A DNA stretch of 49,036 bases, counting the filler, from Sphacelaria rigidula (Eukaryota), in the NCBI GenBank assembly GCA_964200075.2. It is 3 parts of 3 records of this genome, joined end to end, with 100 filler letters (N's around TTAATTAATTAA, not from the genome) between each part and the next. Parts side by side here need not be neighbours in the genome. Positions count along the whole stretch, not along the records: positions 32,764 to 49,036 come from CAXNAA020001413.1; 2 more parts are not named here. The stretch is one strand, 5' to 3'. Shown here one piece after another: positions 37,801 through 49,036 of the stretch. How positions within the stretch are numbered: position 1 is the first letter of the stretch; each line of letters opens with the position of its first letter. The notes below the pieces were generated by a model. It was not told the DNA's origin. It saw only the letters and a program-made list of their open reading frames with translations, and ran no database searches. The translations under genes and the position numbers were made by a program.

Positions 37801-39049
37801 AAGTGTGCACGTAGTATACTCCACACGATGCGCACTTTGCATCTCTGATGTTTCCGCAGCGTTCCTAAAGAAGAGTGCAAGAAATGATTGTACCCACCAG
37901 AAATCAGAGTTGCTGCGATAATTATTTTTGCAGTTATTGGCGATTTGAAGCGTTCGGTATCAGACCCGACATCAGTTGGAATGACATTTGCCCAACTTGA
38001 ATGTGGCGTCAGAAATCTTCAGACTGTCTTGTCGGCGCCGAATCAGCAGCAGAAAATTTCAAAATAATCGGCGGCTCTCATAATAAAATCGTCCCAATAC
38101 CGCCGATCATCAGACTATGTTTCCCACCTGCTGATCTCTTCTCCGGCCAAGGTGTACAGCATGAAAAGTACTGTTAAAAAGTGCACCTAAGGACGACACC
38201 GTGTGTTGAACACGAAGGTCGCATAATGAGGAGCGCACGCAGTCGAGGGTGATGTACTTGCGACGCACAGCAGTATATGGATGACCCCTTGTACTACATG
38301 TTGTTTTAGTTTAAAAAAATGACGGAAGATGACGAAATCGAATATCTTAGTAGCACACGGGATGTGTAGATTGTGAGTGACGATTGCAGATTGGTTGATG
38401 GTCGACAACATGTTTGGCAGTCGGGTCGCGTTTTTCTCGTCATGGATTAAAACTCTCTCATTGTTTCCTGGTCATAACGAATGTTCCCAAGCTGGTGCAT
38501 TGCGGGTCCGCAGGCATGTATTCGTTCTTATCCTGTTACATGCTGCACCTTCACAACATATGTTGAGCCGATGAAGCTGAGCATGACTATATGTATGCAC
38601 ACGATGTTTCTGGCGATACTTGACGCAAATGGCGCAGACAGTCATGGGCCGATCTGTAGGTATACCTCTACTATCAAGAGCTGCAGCGCTGTTGTGGCTG
38701 GCACCGGTGAGTTCAGCAGCGGGCAGAGGAGACAGAATCAAGGACTTCCAGGGAAGGAGGGACATTTGGACGTTCGGCGAAGTCCGCCACCTCGCCTTCG
38801 ATTACCGTATGGCAGCAGTGGTGGAGCACCTCAAGGCCACGAGCCAACCGCGGGCACTGCTCGGTAGCGGTCGGAATGATGCATTGACGTGAGGCCTTGG
38901 CATGAAGATGGTTTGAACCGCGTGGTGCTATGCTGTGCTTTGATGCGCTGCGTTGTATTTGCTCGTGTGCTTGTGTGTTGGAATCAATGGTTGATTTTCG
39001 CTTCTGGCTTCGTTTGCCTAGCGGAGTTGCAGCTGTGAGCGTTACAAAG

Positions 39050-39531
39050 GTTAAGTACACCATCGGCATCAATGCCGTATTCCCGACCTCAAATGCCATC
39101 GTGGTAAGTCGTGGTGTTCTGATCTGCCGCCGGCGAGGATTGAAATCATCCCTATTTCGCAAAGTGTAGTGTATGATGTGCCAGACACAGCTTCTCCCGA
39201 GACGATACCCTGCACCTCCTTTGACCCTTGCACGTGCGAACAAAACATTCAGTATTGAAGAGCTATTGGACACGACTCCGGTGGCACAAATCCGCCAGGC
39301 GATCGTCAACGTAACCACTGCAACGCCGGTCAGGAGGAAGATATCCCTGGCCGAATTTGCCTGTACTGCAAACGCAGACGACACTTGCCATCTACGCACA
39401 TGTGGGGGTGACGGCGGGCTGTTGGCGTGTGTCGACCAGTGCAACCGCGAGAAGGGTCTGGTGTTTCGGGAGCGTCCGGCTGCCGGCGCGTGTCATGCGT
39501 TGTGCATCGTAGCGGCCGAGCCATGCCGCAG
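39050..39531 (+). pseudogene. Two putative exons (39050-39103, 39191-39531) with a partial PHD-finger-like motif
   Basis: In-phase GT-AG junction (GTG|gtaagt ... acag|CTT). DDTCHLRTCGGDGGLLACVDQCNR resembles the PHD N-half CxxC-GxLLxCDxC. Confidence 0.4.
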
Positions 39532-42500
39532 GTAACTTATCCCAGGCGGTGTAGGGTTGACGCACGCTCGTCTAGGCAAACATGATGTTTCGAAATCTAG
39601 CCCTTTTGGCGTATGGTTCTAGTTGTGTTGGTATACTCAATCCTTTCTCCGGCTCAAGGGGGGAAGGGAAGGGGATATATCTGGATAGTGTACGATTTTT
39701 ACACCACGAGTGGACAGGGCTACCCGCTAGTAGTCGGTGTTATTGATTTGGCGATGCCGACTCGACGTAGACGTTGCTGTTGACCGTGTATCGTGCTTCC
39801 TCTTGTTCCATCCTTCATTTTTCTCCTTCACGTCAACAACAAATACGCGGAAGATCGATACATTAACCACTTCTACACGTGGCGCGCTCCTTTTATCCCA
39901 CCAGCACTCGCCGTAACTCTAGGCGGGATCGTCGCTGCTTATATGCGTCATCCTGGGCGCGTACTTGTCATGAACAAGAGGCCTTTCTGGTCGGCTTAGA
40001 ATCTAACATGGACCCCCCTTGGTTTTCACAGCCCTTCCCTGCGATGAAACATACTATGTTACCTCGCAGGTGCGTGCCCGGATGGATAGGCGTACCGCAC
40101 GGTTGGATGCCGACTGCAGCGTGGGAAGTTGTCCGCTCAACGAAAGACTTTGCGGTCAGTCACAGCAAGACTTTGGCCATAATCATGAACGTAACGGTGA
40201 GCGTATTCTGCACCCACCTATTCTACCGCTATGCTTGAATCGTGAAACTGGCTGTAGAGATAAACCAGCGCGGTCAAGGGGTGCCTTTTTCAGTGGAGAT
40301 ATGCATACTGGTTTCGGTGGGTCATCACGTAAAAAAATTGGCTCTCCTGGCACACCGTCACCAACGATTGGTTCCACGTGGCAGGGGATGAAGGGGTACG
40401 TTCGGTGCCGTCACAGACACAGAAGCGGGAGTCTGGTTAGTCGAAAGAAACACATCTTTCCACTCTCCGTCCAATAAGTTGAGATACTTTAATTTGTGTG
40501 GAACGATCATCAGTTTCGATTTTTGCACTGGCTACATGTCTTGAGTCCTCATCCGTTGGAGCACGCCGCAGAATCACCGCGATCTGCCCAGCCCACGACC
40601 TGCACGAGAGGTGCAGAAGAAAAAGAACGATTCGATTATCACAGTGGGGCAGCGGTACAAAGAACACTCATTTTAGGATCTCGAGCGGTTGAAATGCACA
40701 ACATGTTTCTTCTTTTCTTCCGCGAACATGATCTGCCCTCCTCTTCGATGGATTATCAGGCGCTTCAGACCGTGATAGCCCGAGAACCTCGAAACGTGCC
40801 TATACCTTTGTGCGCTTTTACTGCCTGGGGTGCTAAGCTCGGACGAGTTTTGTAGCGATTTATGCTTTGACGGCGCTTGGAGCGCGGTGAACCCGGTGGA
40901 GTCCAGTGAAAGCTTGCGGTCCAAAACCAAAACACACGAAGGATCCCGAAAATAGTGAGATCAGAAAATGTCGACCATGGCTACTCATCACACGAAACTC
41001 AGCACCTTATTTCTTGGACGGGGACGGTATTGTAGAGGTAACCACGGGAAAAGGTGCAAACGCCTGACTCCTGGTTGACGGGTGCCGTAACCTTGACCCT
41101 GGCCTTGAATCCTTTCCAGCAGACTCGACCTGACTTACACTGGCCACGGGTGTCTATTTCGCTGCTCTTGCCGTTGTTATTGTATGCATTTGCCTCGATC
41201 GCTTCACCCCTTACGGATGGCAAGACCACCAACAACTTGCACGTACGAAATTGAACGCCGCCGAACCGATTCAACGTACTGGTGAAGTTTTCGACAAGTG
41301 CATTTGCGGCGCTTTCCAGGCACGAATACTCGTGTCACGACAAATCATATACGTATTTCCTTCCACCTGACGTTTAGACTTTCCCGGCGCCCGTTTTTGG
41401 AACAACCGATCATGGCCCCAGGAAGTCATGTTTGCGTGTATTGTAGCGATATGGCTCGCACAGGTCGCCACTTGCTTCCTCTTGGCGATCAGTACCAGGA
41501 CTGGACTAAAACGGTGAGTCTTCGCGGGAGGGTGGCAAGTGGAAGAGTAAGAACCAGGCGCTTCGTCGTCGTATGCCTGAGGCTTTGTCGGGTGCCCGCT
41601 GAGAAAAGGGCATAAACCACGGAAAAGATAGGCACAATGGCATTCGAGTGACGGCACCGTTGTCCCGTAGGGAACGCTGCCCTTGTCGTACTTGGGGCTC
41701 AGCTAATCACAGGCTATACGTGCAATGAGAGCGTGTCGCTGTGTTTGTTCCTTATGTTTTTTGTCGACGTGATTAGGCGTTCAACTCTCTCACAGCCGGA
41801 ATGGCCCTGACGAAAAAGACGACAACCTTCCGTATCGTTCGCAACGTATCACGCTTTACCCGCCAGAAGCACGAATCGCCTCGCCACAAGGTCCATAGCA
41901 AGAACCGGGGTGGCCGCCACGGCCATCGCACACTCCTCGCACCCGGAGACCCGTCAAGGATCTTTGCTCCGTGACGCTGCAGCTGCCGGCCCTTCTTCCG
42001 TGCCTCATACCCTGGCGCTCGCCTCATGCAGAAACCACGACATGGCCAACTCGACCTTGATGGCGAGGACTGCGACAATCGCTGGTGCCGCCGCCCAGGC
42101 GCCCCTGCGGGAACTGCGCCACCAACATTTGCCATCACAACATGCTGAAACGATCGCCTCCGTTGCAACCGTCGGCACCGCTGCCACCGTCTCGGTCGCT
42201 GCGGGGATGTCACCTCAACGGAGTGTTACGGGCGGACAGTTGGTGGGGGAGGGGTGCACCAACTACTGCAATGGCCACGCGCTACCTCCCACTTGGTCGT
42301 GCGCCGCCTCCCGATCACTCGCGCAGCGCATCGTGCCGCCCTCACAGGACTTCCTCCTTGCCGTGCTCGAAGCGTGGAGACAGGAATCAAAGAAGACAGG
42401 GGCGGCAGCGGTGTCGGTGAAGGGGGACAGCGACACTCACATCAGCAGCTACAGCATCGATCACAGAGACAGCGGCGCAAGCGACACTGCGGATAGTTCC

Positions 42501-44038
42501 AGAGACGGCGGTATGGGAGGGTCCCGAGCATACCCGCTGGAGGAGAGCGAGCAAGATGACGAAATCACAACCGAGAGGGAGACCGCTGAGGTGAGACTAT
42601 ATATCTCGGAGGCCTCCCTTCCCGTTCACGATGATGACAAGAAAGTAGGATAGCATTTGCGACCAAAATTCCCACGGTACAGGGTTTCGTCGGTCCCAGA
42701 ACGGTAGTGGTTTCGTTGGTGCTCTGCCCTCCCCGTGTCAGGATCCGTAGCCAAAACATCGAAAACATGCGGAAACGGAAATATACAGGCCGCTGTGCCG
42801 CTTTCTGTTCCAAATAATGACCGCCCGCATCTATGTAAGTCGGCGCGACCCCCTCCGCTATTAGTTTCTATTTTCAATCACACCGAAGTGCTGCATGTGC
42901 TCCACACGACCGACTCTTCTGTCAGGACACGAAGAATGCGTACGGCGCTGCCCCAACGTTGCAACACGCCTCCTCCGATCGCGGGACAGTCGGCGGCGTG
43001 AAGCCCAGATTCGAGGCGACCGATGACTTTGTGTTGAAGGGAGGAAGCGGGGTTGCGGCCGCCGTACCATCACACACCGCTGCAGCTACCGCCTCCGCAG
43101 CTAACGCCACCGTAGCTAACGCCACCGCAGCTACGACCGACGCAGCTACCGCCCACGACCGTCTCCCCGCCACTAGCTCAGCAACCAGCCCCGTCGTCGA
43201 GGCACCCGCCGTGGCCACAGCGGCTACGGATGCGATTCCACCTTCGCTTCCGTCGCCGTTAATCCTATACGGTGAACGAAGAGCGATCGCGATTCCGTTT
43301 CAGGATAAGATGAAGGAAGTAGGTGCCGAATTCATGCTAACACTGTGCAGTGCGATGCTTGGCAAAAGACCCACTGCTCACGTGAGAGACGACAACACCA
43401 TGGACGACAGGGAGTGCGGCAGGGTGCATGAGTTGATCACACAGCCGATGTTGATGCCCGCAATCTCTGCCATGACGGATGGCTGCGGATGCGCCGTCAA
43501 GGTGACGAAGAAGGTGCGTAGATAAGGGATGCAACGAACGGGAGACGTCGAAGAAAGTACACAAAACGATATTGCTATGTGGAGTGCCGTTGGCCGGAGG
43601 AAACGACGACCAACCGGTATCCCTCGCTGTTCGGGGGTAAATGGGTTGGTAGCCGTGTTCTATTACTTTGCTGCTTATACCATTGCGTGCGGACGACAAC
43701 TGCGGGCGTAGGGTATGGAGAACACGATTTCCTTCACGCAGAGGTTTCCCTGTTTTTAATCAGACGATACTATGATGGTGTACCACCGGACATGGTAGTT
43801 GAACCATCATGTTCATTTCCCAAGACGTTTTTCGTTAACCATATTGTTATTCTATCCGAAGATGCATGCTACTGTCCTATCTTTGACGATACTGTGCGTA
43901 TGTGCCACGAGACATTCTGCGCCAACAATGGAATTCATTCCATGGCATTCTGTTCAACGGTGTTTTTTCTCTAATCGATCGAATGTGCAGATTAATGCAT
44001 CACCGGGAATGTTACAGCTAAATGCCGTCGGCACTCTA

Positions 44039-44400
44039 ACCGGTCGCCCCGGTGGCTCAGTTGGTAGCCTCGAAACCTTCTGACGGTTGGGTCGTGGGTT
44101 CGAATCTCGGTGCAGTCACACGATCTGGGATTTTTTCTCAAACAATGTCCAATAGTGGAGAGCGAGGATGTCGTGGGTACACGAATTCGACGTCATGGTC
44201 AACGAGGGAAATGAACTGCTGAACCCCTTTCGCGGTAAAAAGTAAGGCCAGCACTGCAGAAGGAAGGTGGAGTACTACAAAAAAACAACTCCTTTGTTGG
44301 CCTGCCGTCCTCCTGTGTGACCTCGGTTGACGTGCCCACATATACCGAAAGGTGTACACCGGCGTCTAGAACAGATGGGATGACAACACACACGCGCACA
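44039..44400 (+). mobile_element. tRNA-derived SINE with intact Pol III boxes, (CA)n tail and a 7-bp TSD
   Basis: A box TGGCTCAGTTGG and B box GGTTCGAATC. CACTCTA is repeated at 44032-44038 and 44401-44407. Paralog at 18281. Confidence 0.92.
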
Positions 44401-46576
44401 CACTCTACAGAAGTCCTGTCAATTCTCTCTTGTATTTGTTTGTCAGAGGCGTTTTCGAAAATGCACTCCTCTCCCTCGTTTAGGGTTTAGTTCTCCTGTG
44501 ATTCTCAACTATACCGCCACATATACACACATGCAAACGTCGCTTGCTCTTTGTTTGTACTTTCTGCCTTGGAGATAGGGCGGAGACCGGGCAACCTCCA
44601 AGGCGAAGAAGGCTGAGTTTTTACGGGAGGCGAAGGCCCTAAAAAGGTGAGGCGAGCTCTTCCAGAGGTCTGGATAGAACGCGGCTTGCGCAGTCGCCTT
44701 AACCCTACTGATGGTTACAACAGACACTTCCAGCTGCAGAACTCGTTCTCGTTTTGTCGCGTAACGTTCCTAAGGATGCGTCTACTGTATTTAGTCCGAC
44801 CAGAGTGGAGATGTTGTTCTCTTTGCACAAAACCTGAGAGACTAAGCACGCTTCAAAAGCAAACGCCGTTTCTGGAGCGGTCCAGTTGATGACATACAAC
44901 GAGAATAACCTACACGCTGCGGAGATAGAGAGACACCTTCCCGAACCTCTTGAGTGTCCTATACGACGACAATAACACAATAGTGCTTCGTAGTATATCA
45001 TCAATGGTTCAGTTTCAACCCTTGGTGCACGAGGCTGAGTGTGTGTGCCACGTACAGTACAACGTGTGCATTATCAAGCGTATTTGTATGTTGCGATGTG
45101 CCCTGTGTCAACGTACACTTTGATATCGGCCAAAGTGTGTGCCCTGTAGCGTGCTGGTATCACCCCATTGCCTTGTTCTTACGAATGTCTATGGTGTGCA
45201 GATGGCTCTTGACCGGCGGGAACAGACGTAGCCGTCGACAGTGCTTTGCTCGCTAATTATGGTTACCACAGACACTGAATTCCTGTGCTCAATCCAGTAC
45301 ATCTTCCGTGATCGTAGAGAAGACGACAGGCCTTATTATCGCTTTGTTCTCCATCATTAACCGCCACTGCCGTCATCCATAGCCAAGCGTCGTCATTTTC
45401 ATGATATCGTGTCTCGATCTAGCGACAAACGTATACACCGCCGTTCATTGGAGGTATCGTGGAACACACGCATCGCCTGTCCGAGTGCAGTGAACATGGT
45501 GTAGTACTGTAGTGGGGTCCACACGTTCTGGTGATCGACATTTCTGCACCGCATCCATGCATCGTTTGTCCTTTCGAAAAACACTTATATGATTGCAACG
45601 TATCGCTGGCCCCTGCCGGACCTTCTTGTGAGCGGGAGTCTACGAAAACAATTTTTTTCTATTCGATTTGGGTTCACGTATTTCAATGTTTTGTGTAGGA
45701 TTCCGCTGGGAGGCCACGAGAACATCCTACCAGCCTTCGACATCTGCATGAGCCAGCAGTCCATCGTCGTGCTGCGCGGCGGCATTAACCTGTGCAACCT
45801 CGTCAAGAACAGCCCGGAACCGCTCCCAAGGGCGGACAGCCTGAGGCAAGACTCTGGGTAGAAAGTAGCGCAGCGGGCAGAGCGTCAGGACTAGACGTAA
45901 CAGGCCACCGCTCTACGCCGGATCGTCCCAAGTCACGGGGGTGTTGATAGGTCCCGTTGGAGTGTCACGTTTCATTGACTCTGAAACCTATCAACACTGA
46001 ACGCTGAAATCCGACGTTGACCTAACCGCAGTTCTTCAGACGGTGTTCTCGCGGGAATATCCAACGTTTCATTACGCCTCGAAATGCTGATTGTTTATCC
46101 CGTCGCCTGTGTGTGGGCGGCTAGCATTTGGACCAAAAGTCGCGGTGAACGTCATGTCTACTGAAATTTCAAACAAATACATTTATATTGACTCATACTC
46201 TGAACGAAGTCCAACAACGAACTTGTTGGATGGATTTCCTATTGAACTCCTATACTGCAAAGTGACATTCGTTCCCACTGAACTACAAGCTTTTCATCCA
46301 GTTTTCTCTCCCAAAAGATCTTCTCCTTACGAAATACGCTGTTTTCCTGAAGATCCACTTTATCCCATTGTAATTGAGCTACGCGTATATTTGCTGACAA
46401 GGCGACTTTATCAAACCCATAGCAGATACATGCAGCAGATCACGAGTGGAGTGAGGTACATCCACGCCAACGGGATCATCCACGGCGCTCTGAAGCTGGA
46501 AAACGTCCTGATCCATCGCGTGCACGAGAGAGCAATGATATCTGACTTCGGCATGAGTGGGGGTGAGTTTGGTTTT

Positions 46577-46640
46577 GATTGATTGGTTGATTGGTTGATT
46601 GGTTGATTGGTTGATTGGTTAATTGGTTGATTGGTTGATT
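46577..46640. repeat. (GATTGGTT)n microsatellite
   Basis: Directly visible, in a kinase intron. Confidence 0.95.
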
Positions 46641-46803
46641 CATGTATTGACCGGTTGACTTGTGTTTTTGTTTATGCATTCGGTGTTTCGATTGATCACG
46701 TGGATAACAACACGGACACCGTTGTGGTTCGGGAGGTTGGGATCGGGGGGCATCCGGTCGTCTTTTACAATAACATTTCGGGATTCTCGCTCAACTTTGA
46801 CGA

Positions 46804-46860
46804 TGTTGTTGTTATTGTTGTTGTTGTTGTTGTTGTTGTCGTTGTCGTTGTTGTCGTTGT
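46804..46860. repeat. (GTT/GTC)n microsatellite
   Basis: Directly visible. Confidence 0.95.
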
Positions 46861-47822
46861 AAATGCTGCCTTGAAATGAAGCGCGAGGGGATATCTCTGA
46901 TGGAGGAACTAACAAGGTCTTGGAGCACGTTCTACAGATGGCGCAATATAGTCAATCGCCAACTGTACCGTCAGCAGTGGTTGCAGAAATGTGGCCCAAC
47001 ATTTGTTTTATTCAATATTTAAATTGTAGAGTCGCCCATTTTAGTAAAGCCCACGTATGTCACTCGCATGCCTCTGTTTACGTGATTTCGCCTACCATAG
47101 GATGCTTCGTTGCCGAAGCGTTGACTGCGTATATGAGTTCATGCCAATGACTATGATGCCGCTCAGTCTATGTGCTCAGCATGCCTGACCGTCATGAATC
47201 CGAAGCGGAGCTAGAGAGCAGACTCGACAGATGATGGAGCATTGAAAATTCCCATCCTCAGTATTCACACCAGTAGCTGCTATGGGGATGTGCTCTTGCT
47301 CGTTCTCCTCTGAACAAATCGTTCACATTGTCCGACGCTCAGACCAGTGAACACGATTTCATCCATTGCTCCGACTGAGCAAATCCTCGCACCCCTTACT
47401 CGCGTGCATGTCCCTCTGCTGCGCTTCCTCTCTCACGGCTTCCGTCCACCTACGCCGGCCTATGTTATTCCACGCTGTCATCGCACGCGGGCGGGCGGTC
47501 AACGACGAAACGGTGTTCAATGCTGGTGGGATTCGTGCTGACTCGCGTGTGTTTTCCGGATCCGTTGCGGTCGCTGTCGCAACGGTGATTGTTTTCGCGA
47601 CTTTGGCGTGTGTGGCCGTGTCTTCTTCTGTTTTTGGCTTCGAAACCGCCGTGTGGTCGATTCTGTTGTGCTGCTGTTTTGCGTTCTGCATTCATTTTTG
47701 GCCCTGATTTGTTTGTTTTTTGCCGTTGGGTATTGGGCTGGATCGTCGTGTGTGTATTGTACATATCCTTCATCTTCTTTTTGACACAATTCAAAACCTG
47801 ATGATCGTTCCACGACACGGCG

Positions 47823-47850
47823 ACAACAACAACAACAACAACTACTACTT

Positions 47851-47908
<58 letters not shown>
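47823..47908. repeat. Compound (CAA)n(CTA)n microsatellite just upstream of a kinase splice acceptor
   Basis: Directly visible. Confidence 0.97.
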
Positions 47909-48725
47909 AATACATGAAACAGACGTCGGGTCCGACTTGTCTGGCGGATCATTGTCGTACTTCTCCGCGGAAACCCTCGCCCTGGTAGACTCGCGCCGGG
48001 CCAGGCTGAGCATCGCAGGAGACGTGTTCGCCGTTGGTGTAATGTTCCAGCAGCTGCTCAGTAGTTCACCGGCGCCCGTGACTCTACCCATGGTTAGTAA
48101 ATGTCGACGAGAGTCGTACTCTACAGCGTGCATTCGTTTCCTTTTTGTGCTATACCGCCTTTAGCGAGGGAAGGAGGGGAGGGGAAGGGGAAGGAGAATA
48201 TTGCACTTTTGAAGGTCTTGATTGGGTATGTGATATCACTACAGGCACGAGGAAAGTCCAGGAAACCTTTGGAGGCCTTCACGTGAAAGCCGAAGTATAC
48301 TCAGGAATCTGAACAGCTTCCGAGATTCCGGAATTCCACGATCATCATTTCTTAACCCCGCCCCCCTCCCTCGTAAATCCGCCATCCGCCCGTCCGGATT
48401 CGAATGTGGTACTGCAGCGGTCCATGGTATGCATGCCGTACCCGCACGGAGCCGGGGGCATGTATTTACAGGAGTTAGACCTCCACATCGACGATCTGGA
48501 ACAACGTGCCAGGACGATGATGTGCACTGAGAGCAAGCAAAAATTGACCAAGACGGAGACTCTCCGAACGTACCTATACGTGAGTCTGATACTGCCCTAC
48601 TCTGTCCTGTCTTGTCCTGTCCTGCCCTATAGTGCACCATGGGAAACGCTTTGTTGCCTTTTGACAGTGCGGAAGGCGGAAGAGGTTTCCCTACCACCGA
48701 GCCGTGTTTTAGTCATTCTACGATA

Positions 48726-49036
48726 GGGGGGGGGGCGTGCTCATTTGTTGCTTGCCTTAGTTGTTTGACCATTGACCACGCATCCGTCTCGAGACGGAGC
48801 ACCATTCCTACTCCTGAAAGAGTCACCTCCAACATTCCGGCGCTCAATACGTTTCTTCCATACAATACACAAATTCCTTTTTCGTATCTTATTCCCGTCC
48901 TGTTTCGCCGTCTGTGGCCAACATCTATCTCCAGGTAAAGCCATCGTTTTCTCACTACTGTCAACTGCATCAAACGATTTCATGTCATCTTCGCTCACGT
49001 CCCGCATTTCCCCCTCTAGCACGTCCCGTTCCTCCT
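48726..49036 (-). mobile_element. 3' end of the poly-C LINE family; ORF2 runs to within 5 nt of a C10 tail
   Basis: Open frame EERDVLEGEMRDV...GDRCWPQ...IVWKKR...TKASNK*, then GCACG-C10. Colinear with 16426-16726; continues past the window end. Confidence 0.88.

Larger units (their letters stand above)
41777..48579 (+). pseudogene. Degenerate protein kinase (pseudokinase or decaying gene) with an Ala/Thr-rich N-terminal region; exons ~41777-42590, 42926-43513, ~43712-43760, 45699-45845, 46426-46562, 47923-48092, 48472-48579; probably continues beyond the window
   Basis: Kinase subdomains occur in order: DDRECGRV (Gly loop eroded), CAVK, HDFLHAEVSL, HENILPAFD, QITSGVRYIHANGIIHGALKLENVL, ISDFG, GSLSYFSAE, DVFAVGV. 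The catalytic Asp is replaced by Ala. There is an apparent frameshift near 41900 and a phase conflict around the subdomain III exon. Confidence 0.8.

Noticed and set aside
37555-38175. Old TIR element
   Set aside because: Only patchy inverted similarity between the ends and no TSD; insufficient support.
44041-44120. Functional tRNA gene
   Set aside because: A and B boxes are present but no convincing acceptor stem. It continues into a 290-nt body shared with 18281-18650 and has a TSD, so it is a SINE head.
44478-44490. Telomere-like TTTAGGGTTTAG
   Set aside because: Fewer than two full units; expected by chance.
47465-48133. Poly-V/S/Y/N ORFs (also 46631-46915)
   Set aside because: Open frames created by trinucleotide microsatellites in kinase introns.

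Overview
Intron-rich, repeat-rich eukaryotic nuclear DNA of about 50% GC. The gene architecture and repeat landscape suggest a brown alga (Phaeophyceae, Ectocarpus-like); this is inference. Most ORF-track entries are noise, so genes were rebuilt by hand from phase-compatible splice sites. Genes: (1) a large minus-strand protein with at least 8 C2 domains (28131 to 16806, still open at its 3' end); (2) a plus-strand signal-anchored SGNH/PC-esterase-like protein (8675-13017, C-terminus not found); (3) further minus-strand exons at 5123-9116 including an FN3-like exon, which may be the tail of the C2 gene; (4) a plus-strand degenerate kinase (~41777-48579+) with HRD replaced by HGA; (5) a PHD-finger-like fragment. 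Mobile DNA: two decayed RTE-type LINEs, a copia integrase remnant, a pogo/CENP-B-like transposase remnant, two tRNA-derived SINEs and several TIR/MITE elements, one of them nested with a 4-bp TSD supported by an empty paralogous site. There are also five copies of a LINE 3' end that terminates in, and is flanked by, poly-C instead of poly-A. Two scaffold gaps carry an artificial TTAATTAATTAA linker. No rRNA, functional tRNA or CRISPR array was seen.
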